Below, one piece after another: positions 1 through 12,090 of a stretch of DNA of 64,000 nucleotides; the stretch's first letter is position 1; every line of letters starts with the position of its first letter. Source of the stretch: Terriglobia bacterium (GTDB lineage Bacteria; Acidobacteriota; Polarisedimenticolia; Polarisedimenticolales; JAIQFR01); NCBI GenBank assembly GCA_963790465.1, contig CAWBOP010000011.1, forward strand, positions 73,984-137,983, written 5' to 3'. The translations under genes were made by a program, and so were the position numbers. The notes under the pieces were generated by a model. It was not told the DNA's origin and ran no database searches. It was given only the letters and a program-made list of their open reading frames with translations.

Positions 1-47
1 CCGCCCTCACGCGTATCACCTCTCCAACAACCCGGGAGGACCACGAC

Positions 48-2014
<1,967 letters not shown>

Positions 2015-2132
2015 CCCGGCTCTCCCTCCCTCTCACCCCCTGGGACGGTGAAGGCCGGGCACTCGCCAGGCCTTCCCGTTTCCCGGGACGCATCGACGCC
2101 CAAGCGGCCGCCGGAAGTTCGCGGACGGAGGG

Positions 2133-3395
2133 TTACGGCGCGCCGGCGGGGAGGAAACTCGTCACCACCATGAGCGCGGTGAGTCCGACGAGAGCGACCG
2201 TCGTGACCCAGGCGATCATGTTGTAGACGGGACCGTTGGTGAACGAGCCCATGAGCGCCTCGTCGTTCACGAGGCGGAGCATGAACAGCAGCACGAACGG
2301 GAGGAGCACCCCGTTCATGATCTGCGAGATCAGGATGATCTTGAGGAGCGGAACCCCCGGCATGAGGATCATCCCCGCGCTCACCGCGATGATCCCGGTG
2401 TACAGGCTGTAAAACTCCGGCGCCTCGCTGAACGTCCGGTTCACGCCGGCCTCGAGCCCGAGACCCTCGCACACGCTGTACGCGGTGGCGAGCGGGAGGA
2501 TCGACGCGGCGAAGAGCGACGCGTTGGCGAGGCCGAAGGCGAACAGCGTCTCGGCGTAGCGCCCCGCGAGAGGCGCGAGCGCCCGCGCCGCCTCGGCCGC
2601 GGACCCGATCGAGTAAAGCCCCGCCTCGTGGAGCGTCGCCGCACAGGCCACGACGATGAAGAACGCCACCACCACCGCCATGATCGAGCCCATGATCACG
2701 TCGAGGCGGGACTTGGCGTAATCGGCGATCCGGACCTCTTTCTCGACGACCGAGGACTGCAAGTAGAACTGCATCCAGGGCGCGATGGTCGTGCCGACGA
2801 TCCCCACGATCATGGCGATCGACTGGAGATCGATCCGCATCGAAGGGACGAGCGTTCCCCGCGCCGCCTCGCCCCAGTCCGGCTTGGCGATGAACCCGGA
2901 GATCGGATAGGCGAGGTACAACAGGCAGGCGATGAGGAACGCCTTCTCCACCGTCTTGTAGTTGCCGAACACCACGAGCCACCAGACGAAGACCGCCCCC
3001 AGTGGGACCGAGACGTAGCGGCTCACGCCGAACAGCTCGAGCGCCGAGGCAAGCCCCGCGAACTCCGCCACCGCGTTCCCGAGGTTCGTGAAGAGCACCG
3101 CCATCATCAGGAGAAACGTCACGCGCAGGCCGAATTCTTCCCGGATCAGGTCGGCGAGCCCCTTGCCGGTCACCGTCCCCATGCGCGAGCACATCTCCTG
3201 CACGACGATGAGAGCGACCGTGATCGGGATCAGGATCCAGAGGAGCTGGTAACCGTAACGCGCACCGCACAGCGAGTACGTGTAGATGCCGCCGGCATCG
3301 TTGTCCACGTTGCTCGTGATCACGCCGGGGCCCATCACCGCCAGGAGCAGGGCGATGCTGGTCCCGAGGCGGCGGAAAAAGCGGCCGAAGGGCAT
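2133..3395 (-). CDS. NRAMP/SLC11-family cation transporter with non-canonical metal-binding motifs (NRMT-like, possibly Mg2+)
   Basis: 420-aa polytopic ORF. GPGVITSNVDNDAGGIYTYSLCGARYGYQLLW aligns to NRAMP TM1, but the DPGN signature reads DAGG. The TM6 region GTTIAPWMQFYLQS replaces the canonical A..MPH. Confidence 0.85.
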   Translation of the reverse strand: MPFGRFFRRLGTSIALLLAVMGPGVITSNVDNDAGGIYTYSLCGARYGYQLLWILIPITVALIVVQEMCSRMGTVTGKGLADLIREEFGLRVTFLLMMAVLFTNLGNAVAEFAGLASALELFGVSRYVSVPLGAVFVWWLVVFGNYKTVEKAFLIACLLYLAYPISGFIAKPDWGEAARGTLVPSMRIDLQSIAMIVGIVGTTIAPWMQFYLQSSVVEKEVRIADYAKSRLDVIMGSIMAVVVAFFIVVACAATLHEAGLYSIGSAAEAARALAPLAGRYAETLFAFGLANASLFAASILPLATAYSVCEGLGLEAGVNRTFSEAPEFYSLYTGIIAVSAGMILMPGVPLLKIILISQIMNGVLLPFVLLFMLRLVNDEALMGSFTNGPVYNMIAWVTTVALVGLTALMVVTSFLPAGAP

Positions 3396-3398
3396 TCC

Positions 3399-4622
3399 CT
3401 AGTCCCCCGTCACCGCCCGGCTGAGGACGTCCTCGATGTTGATGAGCCCCACCAGCTCGCCGTACTCGTCCACGACCGCGAGGCCGCGCAGGTGGTACTT
3501 CTCGAACCGCTCCAGGATCTCCTTGAACCGCGCGGTCGGCGTGACCGCCCGGGCCTCGCGGCGCATGAAATCGGTCACCGGCCGGTCCTCGCTCGCCCTG
3601 ACGACCCGCCCGAGGGGGACCACTCCCACGAGGCGGCCGTCCGTCCCGACCACCGGAATCTCGTCGAGATCGCCGAGCAGATCCTCGTCCACCTCGCGCA
3701 GCTCGGCCAGGGTCCGCCCCACCGTCCACTCCGACTTCGCCTTGAAGAAGTCGGTCGTCATGAGACCGCCGGCGGTGTCGTCGTGGAAGCGGAGCAACTC
3801 CCGGACCTCCTCCGCGTCCTCTTGCTGCATCGCATCGAGCAGCGCACGGGAGCGCGCCTCGGGCAGGTCACCGAGAATGTCCGCCGCCTCGTCCGGCTGC
3901 ATCTCCTCCAGGAGGTCCGCCGCGTGCTCGACGTGGATCGCCTCGACCACCGCCGCCTGCACGCTCGGCTCCGCCTCCGACAGCGCCTGGGCCGCGGTCT
4001 CCGGGTCGAGGGCGGAGACGATCGCGCGGCGCTCGACCCGTCCGAGATCCTCGAGGATGTCCGCGAGATCCGCGGGGTGCATCTTCGCGAGGTGCTGGTG
4101 GACCTTGAGCCGGATCCGGGCGGTACCGGGCTCCACCAGCCCCACGTAGTCCCAGGGGATCGATCGTTCGGAGAGACCGTCCGCGATCCGGCGGACCACC
4201 ATCGGCCTGACGATCCCGGCGAGCAGGCGCCGGACCGCCCCGCCGAGCCCCACCTCGACGCGTTTCAGGACCAGCCGCTCGGCGGCGGGCTCGAGAAGAA
4301 TGTCGTTGACCTTGACCACCTTCCGGCCCTGGATGTCGATGATCTGCCGGTCGAGAACGTCGCGTTTGAGATGCAGCAGCTCGGATGCCTGCCCGTCGAC
4401 CGGCTCCGGTGCCGCTCCCTCGGCCAGCGCGACCCTGCGTGTCTCCGGCGAGAAGCTCTCCACCCCCTCCCACCGGACCCAGGTCCGCCTGCGGCCCGAT
4501 CGGAGCACCAGGCGATCGACGACCCCTCTCGACGAGTCCACGAGGAGATCGTCCACTCGGCCGACACGCCGGCCGCCGGCATCGAACACGGGGATGTTGA
4601 GCGCTTCGGAGAGATGCACCAC
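3399..4622 (-). CDS. Soluble MgtE-N-domain + tandem CBS protein with PRC-barrel-like N-terminus (no transporter membrane domain)
   Basis: MHPADLADILEDL...EEMQPDEAADILGDLP matches the MgtE N-domain pattern. It is followed by a CBS pair (TTDFFKAKSEWTV..., VTDFMRREARAVTP...GLAVVDEYGELVGLINIEDVL). Start chosen at GTG 4622, 8 nt after a GGAGGG RBS; the upstream 50 codons of ORF 3399..4775 look non-coding. The stop is 3 nt before the NRAMP start. Confidence 0.75.
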   Translation of the reverse strand: MVHLSEALNIPVFDAGGRRVGRVDDLLVDSSRGVVDRLVLRSGRRRTWVRWEGVESFSPETRRVALAEGAAPEPVDGQASELLHLKRDVLDRQIIDIQGRKVVKVNDILLEPAAERLVLKRVEVGLGGAVRRLLAGIVRPMVVRRIADGLSERSIPWDYVGLVEPGTARIRLKVHQHLAKMHPADLADILEDLGRVERRAIVSALDPETAAQALSEAEPSVQAAVVEAIHVEHAADLLEEMQPDEAADILGDLPEARSRALLDAMQQEDAEEVRELLRFHDDTAGGLMTTDFFKAKSEWTVGRTLAELREVDEDLLGDLDEIPVVGTDGRLVGVVPLGRVVRASEDRPVTDFMRREARAVTPTARFKEILERFEKYHLRGLAVVDEYGELVGLINIEDVLSRAVTGD

Positions 4623-4813
4623 GGAAGGACCCTCCGGTTCGGGGCGCGTGCTCGACGCCCGAGGTATTTCAGCCAGCAGCGGGGCAGGATGCCACGAACC
4701 GTGCATCGGCGTCGAGGCCCGGCGCGGGGTCTCTGGAAGCCGCGTGCTTGCAATCCCGGGGGATCGCGGGTACAAGTCCCGTTCGCTCGTCGCACTGTCG
4801 CACCGGAGACCGG

Positions 4814-7720
4814 ATGGCCGATCGCCGTACCCCTCTAGCCCCCGCCACGGACCGGCCGGACCCCCGGGGGGCCGCGCTCCCCTGGCTGTTCGGCGTCTCG
4901 GGCGCCGCGGCCCTGGTCCTCGAGGTGGTCTGGACGCGCTGGCTCGTGCTCTCCCTCGGGGCGAGCAGCCTCGCGGCGACCGTGGTGCTCGCCGTGTTCA
5001 TGGGAGGTCTCGGCGCGGGATCGTTCCTCGCGGGGCGCTTCGCGGACCGGCATCCGGATCGTGCGGTTGTCCTGTTCGCTTCGGCCGAAGCGCTCGTCGG
5101 GGCCTGGAGTTTCCTGTCCATTCTCCTTCTGGGGAGGTGGCTCCCGGGGCTCGCGGCGGCGATCGCGCGCGCCTTCGACGCGCCGGCCCTGCCGCTGCCG
5201 CTTCGAGTCGCGATCGCGGCACTGGCGCTCGCTCCCCCCACGTTACTGATGGGAGCGACGCTCCCTCTTCTCGCGCGGTGGGCGGGAACCGCCGGCATGC
5301 TTCCCGGAAAGGGAACCGGCACGCTTTACACGCTGAACACGCTCGGAGGCATGGCGGGAGCGCTTCTCGCCACGTTCGTCCTGATCGACCGGCTCGGACT
5401 CGCCGGCAGCGCGGCGATCGCGGGCGCCGCGGATCTGTCGGTCGCGGCCGCGGCCTTTCTCCTCTTTCGCGGCGTGGCAACGGGGGAAAAGCGCGGCGCA
5501 CCTCGGCGCGAGGCGCCACGTCCCGCGACTCCCGCCGTGCCCGCCGCCGCGCCGTCCTCCGAACGGGCGATCTTCGCGGCCGTGGCGGCCGCGTACTTCG
5601 TTTCCGGATTTGTCGGCCTCGCCCTCGAGGTCGTGTCGCATCGCATCCTCGCGATCCTCGCGGGCTCGAGCGTGTACGCGTTCACGGTGATGCTCGCCGC
5701 GTTCCTCGCGGGAATCGCCGGAGGAAGCGCGATCGCTTCACGGTGGGCCGACCGGGTGCGAGAGCCGCTGGCTTGGGTCGGCATGACCTTGGGAGGGCTC
5801 GCGCTCGGGACCGGCTTCGCGCAGCGCTGCTTCGACGCGGGCGGCTGGTCCGCCGCCGGACGCGCGGCGGCGGCGGTGCCCGGACTCGGCGGAGGGTCGT
5901 ACGGATTCGAGTTGGTGGGCTGTCTCGCGACGCTCCTTCCCGCGACCTTGATGCTCGGCGCGGTGCTCCCGTTCGTCGCGAGAGCCGCCGGGTCGGTGCC
6001 CGACCGGTTCGCAGGGCGTTTTGGAGGCGCGTACGCGCTCAACACGGCAGGCGCCGTCCTCGGCGCGGTCGCGGCCGGATGGGTGCTCGTCCCGGCACTC
6101 GGTACCGGCCTGTCGCTGTCGCTCTTGACCCTGCTGGCGGGAGCGGCCGGGACCCTGGCCGTGCTCGCCGCGGTTCCGCGTTCCTCCCGTGCCGTTCCCG
6201 CGGCTGTTGCCGCCGGTCTCACGGCCGCGGGACTCGCGCTTGGCTGGGGCGCGGATCCGGTCAAGACCGCGCTCGACCGGCAGGTCGAGAAGAGCCCGCT
6301 CCTCGCCTTCCGGGAGGGCCCCGTCCAGACGCTGGCGGTGATCCGGGAGGAGAACGACCTTCAGCTCGGCTTCCTGAGGATGATCGCGAACCAGACCAGC
6401 CTCACCGGGACGCACCTTTACTCGCGCCGCTACATGACGCTGCTCTCGCACCTGCCCGCGCTCTGGGGACCGGTCCCGAAGCGCGCGCTCGTGATCTGCT
6501 TCGGCACCGGTATCACTGCGGGCGCCGCCACCTACCCGACGCTCGACCGGCTCGACATCGCGGAGATCTCGCCGGAGGTGATCGAGGTCTCGCCGCTCTT
6601 CCGCGAAGAGAACGGGAACGTTCTCGCCGACCCCCGGGTGCGGCTCCACGTGGAGGACGGCCGGCAGGTGCTTCTCGCCTCCCGCGACCCCTGGGATTTC
6701 GTCACGCTCGAGCCGCCTCCGCCGAGGGACTCCGGCGTCGTGTCCTTGTATTCCTCCGACTTCTACCGGCTGTGCCGGCGGCGATTGACCCCGGGCGGAG
6801 TGGTGGCGCAGTGGATTCCGCTTCTCTCCCAGTCGCGGGACGAGATCCGGATGCTCGTCCGCACCTTCGTGGACGCGTTCCCGCACGCGCTGGGGTTCCT
6901 CCCGGTGGAGCGCGATCTGATCCTTCTCGGCTCCGATCGTCCCCTCGTGATCGACCCCGCCGAGACGGCTCGCCGGATGGCCGATCCGGCGGTGAGGCGG
7001 TCGCTGGCCGAAATCGGTTTCGACGAGCCCGCGGACCTTCTCGCCGCCGCGGTCGCCGATCGCGCGTCGCTCGCGCGATTCGCGGGAGACGCCGAGACGG
7101 TCTCGGACGACCGGCCGCGAGTCGAGGTGTTCGCGCGCTACGGCAAGCGCGTGCCACGGCCGGACGTCTCGGCGCTCGTGGCGTCCCTCCCGCCTCTTGG
7201 CGAGCTGGCGTCGCCCGAGCCGCCTCCCGCCGCACGGATGCGATTCGAGACCGCCCGCGGCGCGCTCCTCGCGTCTCTCGGAGGCGGCTGGGCCCGCGAG
7301 GCACGGCGAGGAGCGGACTGGGAAGCGCTGTCGGTCCGGGCGGTCAAGCTCCGGCCTGAAGACCCTTATTACCTCTGGGCGGCCGGGCTGTCCGACGAGC
7401 ACCTGCGTCGGATGGCGGAGCGTGCCGGACGCGCCGTGGAGGCCGGTCGAGGCAAGGAAGGGGCCGAGGCCTGGACCTCGTTCGGGATGCTGTGCGCGAG
7501 GCGCGGGCGCTACGCCGGCGCCGTCGACGCCTATCGCAAGGCGATCGCTCTCACCCCTTCGAGCACGGACCTGCTGTTCAACCTCGGAATGCTTCTCGAT
7601 GGCCCGGGCGGCAAGCCCGACGAGGGAAAAGCGATGCTTCGGCGATTCATCGAACTCGCTCCTTCCGATCCCGCGGCCGAGGCCGCCCGGCAGAGGCTCG
7701 CCTCTCCGGAACGCCGGTAG
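4814..7720 (+). CDS. Fused polytopic membrane domain / spermidine-synthase-like methyltransferase-fold protein with C-terminal TPR
   Basis: The N-terminal roughly 480 aa contain many hydrophobic helices. The middle carries LVICFGTGITAGAA...DIAEISPEVIEV...DFVTLEPPPP...TPGGVVAQWIP (spermidine synthase-like). The C-terminus has TPR-like AGAVDAYRKAIALTPSSTDLLFNLG. ATG 4814 is preceded by GGAG. Confidence 0.8.
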   Translation: MADRRTPLAPATDRPDPRGAALPWLFGVSGAAALVLEVVWTRWLVLSLGASSLAATVVLAVFMGGLGAGSFLAGRFADRHPDRAVVLFASAEALVGAWSFLSILLLGRWLPGLAAAIARAFDAPALPLPLRVAIAALALAPPTLLMGATLPLLARWAGTAGMLPGKGTGTLYTLNTLGGMAGALLATFVLIDRLGLAGSAAIAGAADLSVAAAAFLLFRGVATGEKRGAPRREAPRPATPAVPAAAPSSERAIFAAVAAAYFVSGFVGLALEVVSHRILAILAGSSVYAFTVMLAAFLAGIAGGSAIASRWADRVREPLAWVGMTLGGLALGTGFAQRCFDAGGWSAAGRAAAAVPGLGGGSYGFELVGCLATLLPATLMLGAVLPFVARAAGSVPDRFAGRFGGAYALNTAGAVLGAVAAGWVLVPALGTGLSLSLLTLLAGAAGTLAVLAAVPRSSRAVPAAVAAGLTAAGLALGWGADPVKTALDRQVEKSPLLAFREGPVQTLAVIREENDLQLGFLRMIANQTSLTGTHLYSRRYMTLLSHLPALWGPVPKRALVICFGTGITAGAATYPTLDRLDIAEISPEVIEVSPLFREENGNVLADPRVRLHVEDGRQVLLASRDPWDFVTLEPPPPRDSGVVSLYSSDFYRLCRRRLTPGGVVAQWIPLLSQSRDEIRMLVRTFVDAFPHALGFLPVERDLILLGSDRPLVIDPAETARRMADPAVRRSLAEIGFDEPADLLAAAVADRASLARFAGDAETVSDDRPRVEVFARYGKRVPRPDVSALVASLPPLGELASPEPPPAARMRFETARGALLASLGGGWAREARRGADWEALSVRAVKLRPEDPYYLWAAGLSDEHLRRMAERAGRAVEAGRGKEGAEAWTSFGMLCARRGRYAGAVDAYRKAIALTPSSTDLLFNLGMLLDGPGGKPDEGKAMLRRFIELAPSDPAAEAARQRLASPERR

Positions 7721-7729
7721 GTCCGGGCC

Positions 7730-9169
7730 GTGGACCGCCGCGCGTTCTTCGTGGGAGGCCGGGAAACGATCGCCTCCGGCACGATCGAGGTCGCGAGCCC
7801 CTTCGACGGACGGCCGGTCGCGACCGTCTGCCGCGCGTCCGCGGGAGACCTCGACGCGGCGCTCGACGCCGCCGTCCGGGGCTTCGGCGCGGTCCGGGCG
7901 CTTCCGGCGTGGAAGCGGTCCGATCTGCTGCACGACGTGTCCCGTCGGCTGGCCGCGGCGAAGGAGCGATTCGCGAGAACCATCGCCCTCGAGGCGGGCA
8001 AGCCGATCGTCCAGGCGCGCTCCGAGGTGGATCGCGCCGTCCTCACGTTCCGGACCGCCGCCGAGGAAGCGCTCCGGATCGGCGGAGAGGTCCTGCCGCT
8101 CGACCTCTTCCCGGGGAACGACGGCCGCCTGGCGATCTGGCGGCGCTTCCCGCTGGGACCGGTCGCGTGCATCACGCCGTTCAACTTTCCGCTGAACCTC
8201 GTCGCCCATAAGGTCGCGCCCGCGATCGCCGCCGGCTGCTCGTTCGTGCTCAAGCCGGCGTCGAAGACCCCGCTCTCCGCTCTCGACCTCGCCGGTTTGC
8301 TGCTCGAGGCCGGAGTGCCGGGGGACGCGGTGTCGGTCCTCCCGATGGCCGGCTCGGAGGCGGGGGCGCTGGCGGACGACCCGCGGACTCGCGCGCTCTC
8401 CTTCACCGGATCCCCCTCCGTCGGCTGGGATCTGAAGCGGCGCGCGTACCGCAAGAAGGTGGTGCTGGAGCTCGGGGGGAATGCCGGCCTGATCGTGGAC
8501 CGTTCGGCCGATCTCCCGCTCGCGGCGGCGCGGGCCGCGGCCGGCGGGTTCTGGCAGGCGGGCCAGAGCTGCATCTCGGTGCAGCGGATCCTCGCGCACC
8601 AGGAGGTGTTTGATTCCTTCGTCGAGCGCTTTCTCGAGGCGGTGCGCGGACTCGTTCCCGGCGATCCTCTCGACGACCGGACGACCGTCGGCCCGGTGAT
8701 CTCGGCCGAGGACGCAGAGCGAATCGAAACCTGGATCGGCGAGGCGGTCTCGGGGGGGGCGCGCGTGCTCGCGGGGGGCGGCCGCCGCGGCAACCTGGTG
8801 GAGCCGACCGTGCTCACCGGCACCCGCCCGGACATGAAGGTTTGCGGGAAGGAACTGTTCGGGCCGGTCGTCGTCGTCGAGCCCTACGGCGACGTCGAGG
8901 AGGCGATCGCCGAGATCGACCGCTCCAGCTACGGCCTCCAGGCCGGGATCTTCACGCGCGATCTCCCCACGGCGATGGCCGCATGGGAACGGATCGAGGT
9001 GGGGGCGGTCGTCGTCAACGACGTCCCGACGTACCGCCTCGACCCGATGCCTTACGGCGGCGTCAAGGACTCAGGCCGAGGCAGGGAAGGGCCGCGCTGG
9101 GCGATCGAGGACTACACCGAGATGCGGCTGCTCGTGATCAACGGCGCCATCGCGACCGCTCAGCCGTAA
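7730..9169 (+). CDS. NAD(P)-dependent aldehyde dehydrogenase family protein
   Basis: 479 aa with ALDH signatures FNFPLNL, VLELGGNAG and catalytic-Cys context GQSCISVQR. GTG start. Confidence 0.9.
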   Translation: MDRRAFFVGGRETIASGTIEVASPFDGRPVATVCRASAGDLDAALDAAVRGFGAVRALPAWKRSDLLHDVSRRLAAAKERFARTIALEAGKPIVQARSEVDRAVLTFRTAAEEALRIGGEVLPLDLFPGNDGRLAIWRRFPLGPVACITPFNFPLNLVAHKVAPAIAAGCSFVLKPASKTPLSALDLAGLLLEAGVPGDAVSVLPMAGSEAGALADDPRTRALSFTGSPSVGWDLKRRAYRKKVVLELGGNAGLIVDRSADLPLAAARAAAGGFWQAGQSCISVQRILAHQEVFDSFVERFLEAVRGLVPGDPLDDRTTVGPVISAEDAERIETWIGEAVSGGARVLAGGGRRGNLVEPTVLTGTRPDMKVCGKELFGPVVVVEPYGDVEEAIAEIDRSSYGLQAGIFTRDLPTAMAAWERIEVGAVVVNDVPTYRLDPMPYGGVKDSGRGREGPRWAIEDYTEMRLLVINGAIATAQP

Positions 9170-9855
9170 AGCCTCGCGACCACGAACCGGAGTACCGGCG
9201 CGAAGGCGACCGGGAAGAGGAACCACGCCAGCGCGAGCCCCGCGATCGAGCCGAGCGGCGATCCGCGAAGGCGGTCTCTCAGGCGGCGGGCGGGGGGGAA
9301 GAAACCGGAGAGCACCGCGGCGCCGTCCATGGGAGGGAGAGGGAACGCGTTGAACACCGCGAGCACGAGGTTCAGCACGAGCAGGATCGAGAACATCCGG
9401 CCGACCCCCTCGACGATTCCCGCCGCGCCGGCGCCGGGCACGACGAGACGATCGAGCGCGAGCACAGGGGGAAAATCGAACCAGCCCGTCGCGATGCCGG
9501 CCTTGAGTCCGGCGAACCCGATCGCCGCGAGCGCGAGGTTGGCGAGCGGGCCCGCGGCGGCCATCAGCGCGGCGCGAGCCGGATGGCGGTCCTCCCAGGA
9601 CGGGTCATACGGCGCGCTCGCCCAGCCCATCATCCAGCCGGTCTGGAAGAAGGTCACGAGAGGGACGAGCACCGTGCCCAGCGGCTCTCGCATGACGTGC
9701 GGGAGCGGATTGAGCGTCACCTGGCCGCCGAGATAGGCGGTGTCGTCTCCTCCCCGCCTCGCGGCCCACGCGTGCGCCGCCTCGTGACAGGTCAGCGACA
9801 GAAGGAACACGACGTACCAGATCGGGAAAACGGCGAGCGTCGCGGAGAGGTCCAA
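9160..9855 (-). CDS. Site-2 protease family (peptidase M50) membrane metalloprotease
   Basis: 231-aa hydrophobic ORF with HEAAHAW (HExxH) in the first TM region and the FNAFPLPPMDG motif. Confidence 0.85.
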   Translation of the reverse strand: MDLSATLAVFPIWYVVFLLSLTCHEAAHAWAARRGGDDTAYLGGQVTLNPLPHVMREPLGTVLVPLVTFFQTGWMMGWASAPYDPSWEDRHPARAALMAAAGPLANLALAAIGFAGLKAGIATGWFDFPPVLALDRLVVPGAGAAGIVEGVGRMFSILLVLNLVLAVFNAFPLPPMDGAAVLSGFFPPARRLRDRLRGSPLGSIAGLALAWFLFPVAFAPVLRFVVARLYG

Positions 9856-9864
9856 AGGCAGTCC

Positions 9865-12090
9865 TCAGGTCCGCGACAGGTCGCGGAGGAGATTGCGCGC
9901 TTCGGGAAGGAGACGGGGCTCGGCGTTCGGCTGGGCCAGAAAACGCTTCAGCGCGTCGCGCGCCCCTTCCCGGTCGCCGGCGGCGGAGAGGATGCGGGCC
10001 AGCAGGAATCGCGCCGACGGATGCGTCGGCTCCGCCTCGAGCAGCCGGTTCACGCTCTCGCGCGCCGGCGCGAGATCCCGGAGTTTGAGGCAGGCCTTCG
10101 AGTGATTGAACAACAGCCCCGGGTTTCGAGGCTCCGTGGCGAGAGCGCGCTCCCAGTCCTTCCGGGCCGCCGCCGTGCGGCCCGATCGGTCCGCCAGGAT
10201 GCCGAGGCGGTTCCAGGCGTCGACGAGACCCGGCTCGATCTTGACCGCTCGAGTGAACTCCCGTTCCGCGCCGGCGGCGTCGCCCGAGGCCTCGAGCGCC
10301 ACGCCCATCGCCGCGTGCGCCGAGGAGGCGTCCGGCGACAGACGGAGCGCCTCGCGGTACTCCGCGAGGGCCCCCTTGAAATCTCCGAGAGCGGCGAGGA
10401 CGTTGCCGAGGCCGAGCCGGCCATCCGGCGACGCGGGCTGGATGGCGAGCGCGGCGCGGTAAACCGCGGCCGCCTCGTCGAGCCGGCCCGACGCGTGGAG
10501 CGCGTTCGCGAGGTTGCGCTCGAGTTCGAACACGCCTCTCGCCGCGCGGACGGCGTCGCGCAGCCGCGCGAGCCCTTCTTCCCGCCGGCCCAGCGAGAAC
10601 AGGAGGGTGCCCTCGAGCCCGAGCGCCGACGGGTTGCCGGGATCCGCCGCCAGCACCCCGCGGAGTTTCGCGGCGGCCTGTTCGAGACGCCCCACCGCGA
10701 CGAGCTCGCGCGCCTCGAGAAAGGCGTCGTTCTGCCCGACGAGCCGCTTCGGGTCCGGCCGGTCCTTGCGGTGCGCGGCGGGAGCGCCCAAGGACACGTA
10801 CCCGAGGCTCTCGAGACGTGAGCGCTGCTCCTCCGTCATCTCGCGCGTCGCGGGAGCGCCCGGGGCACCGAGGGACGAACGCAGCGCCGCGAGCCGCTCG
10901 CGCCACGCGGCCAGTTCGCCCGGAGCGCTCGGCGCGCGGTTCTTCGATTCGCCGGGATCCGTCGAGAGATCGAAGAGCTCGGGATCGGGTGACTCGACGA
11001 ACTTCCTCGCGCCGGAGCGCAGCGCGTACAGCGGCGCCCAGCCGTAGGCCCGCTCGCCGTAGAGCGACTCCGCGTAGAGCGGCCCCCTCGGGACCTCGGG
11101 ACCGCCTCGAAGCGTCGCCGCGAAGCCGAGCCCCTGGGCGTCGGCGAAACCGGGAAGTCCCATGAGGTCGAGGAGCGTGGGCGCGAGATCCACTCCCGAA
11201 ACCGGGTTCTCGATCCTCACTCCGGCGCGCACCGTCCCCGGGTATCTCACGATCATCGGCACTCTCAGCGTCCCCTCGTAGAGCAACAGTCCGTGGGTCG
11301 ACTCTCCGTGCTCGCCGAGCGCCTCGCCGTGGTCCGCCACCACCGCGACGACCGTCCGATCGAGCATCCCGCGCCCCTTCATGCCGTCGAGCAGCCGACC
11401 GATCTCGGAGTCCACGTACGCGATCTCGCCGTCGTACGGCCTCGACGCGAACCGCTCCCGCCAGGGGGCGGGCGGCGCGTAGTCGCCGTGCGGGTCGAAG
11501 TAGTGGACCCAGAGAAAGAACGGACCGGACGAGAGCTTCCCGAGGACGCCGAGCGCCGCGCCGGTCACCTCGGTGGCCGGCCGCTCCGCGATCGGCTGGT
11601 AGAGCACTCCCGTTCCGCGCGCCGCCGGCAGGATCTTCCTCGCGGGCTCGTCGTAAACGTCGAACCCCTGGTCGAGTCCTTGAGCTGCCGCGAGGACCAC
11701 CGACCCGACGACCGCGGCGGTCAGGTAGCCCCTGGTCTTCAGGAGCTCCGCGATCGTGATCTCGCTTTCCGGCAGCCTGAAGTCCGCGTTGTCCCGCACG
11801 CCGTGCCGCGGCGGATAGTGCGAGGTCAGGATCGAGGCGTGCGAAGGGAGCGTGAGCGGGACCGGCGACATCGCGTGCGCCGCCAGCGCCCCCTCCGCGG
11901 CCAGCCGGTCGAGCCGCGGCGTCGCCGCCTCCCGGTCGCCGTAACAGCCGAGGTGGTCCGCCCGCGTCGTGTCCAGCGTGATCAGCAGCAGGTTCGGAGG
12001 CCGCGCCGCCGCCGGCCGCGGCTCCGCGGGCGCGGCCGCGCACGCCGGCAAGAGGGCGCACATCATCAGCGCCGCCGCGGCGCGCGTCAC
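9865..12090 (-). CDS. Secreted sulfatase-family (alkaline-phosphatase superfamily) domain + TPR repeat protein, paralogue 2
   Basis: LLLITLDTTRADHLGCYGDREAATPRLDRLAAEGA...PLTLPSHASILTS...VADHGEALGEHGE, followed by about 350 aa of TPR. GTG 12090 overlaps the upstream stop (AGGTGACG); ATG 12066 is an alternative start. The longer ORF 9865..13266 is a shadow extension. Confidence 0.85.
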   Translation of the reverse strand: MTRAAAALMMCALLPACAAAPAEPRPAAARPPNLLLITLDTTRADHLGCYGDREAATPRLDRLAAEGALAAHAMSPVPLTLPSHASILTSHYPPRHGVRDNADFRLPESEITIAELLKTRGYLTAAVVGSVVLAAAQGLDQGFDVYDEPARKILPAARGTGVLYQPIAERPATEVTGAALGVLGKLSSGPFFLWVHYFDPHGDYAPPAPWRERFASRPYDGEIAYVDSEIGRLLDGMKGRGMLDRTVVAVVADHGEALGEHGESTHGLLLYEGTLRVPMIVRYPGTVRAGVRIENPVSGVDLAPTLLDLMGLPGFADAQGLGFAATLRGGPEVPRGPLYAESLYGERAYGWAPLYALRSGARKFVESPDPELFDLSTDPGESKNRAPSAPGELAAWRERLAALRSSLGAPGAPATREMTEEQRSRLESLGYVSLGAPAAHRKDRPDPKRLVGQNDAFLEARELVAVGRLEQAAAKLRGVLAADPGNPSALGLEGTLLFSLGRREEGLARLRDAVRAARGVFELERNLANALHASGRLDEAAAVYRAALAIQPASPDGRLGLGNVLAALGDFKGALAEYREALRLSPDASSAHAAMGVALEASGDAAGAEREFTRAVKIEPGLVDAWNRLGILADRSGRTAAARKDWERALATEPRNPGLLFNHSKACLKLRDLAPARESVNRLLEAEPTHPSARFLLARILSAAGDREGARDALKRFLAQPNAEPRLLPEARNLLRDLSRT

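Noticed and set aside
4623-4813. M-box or yybP-ykoY-type riboswitch upstream of the MgtE-N/CBS + NRAMP pair
   Set aside because: I could not recognise the conserved cores of either riboswitch by eye in the 190-nt divergent spacer. A covariance-model scan is needed before claiming anything.
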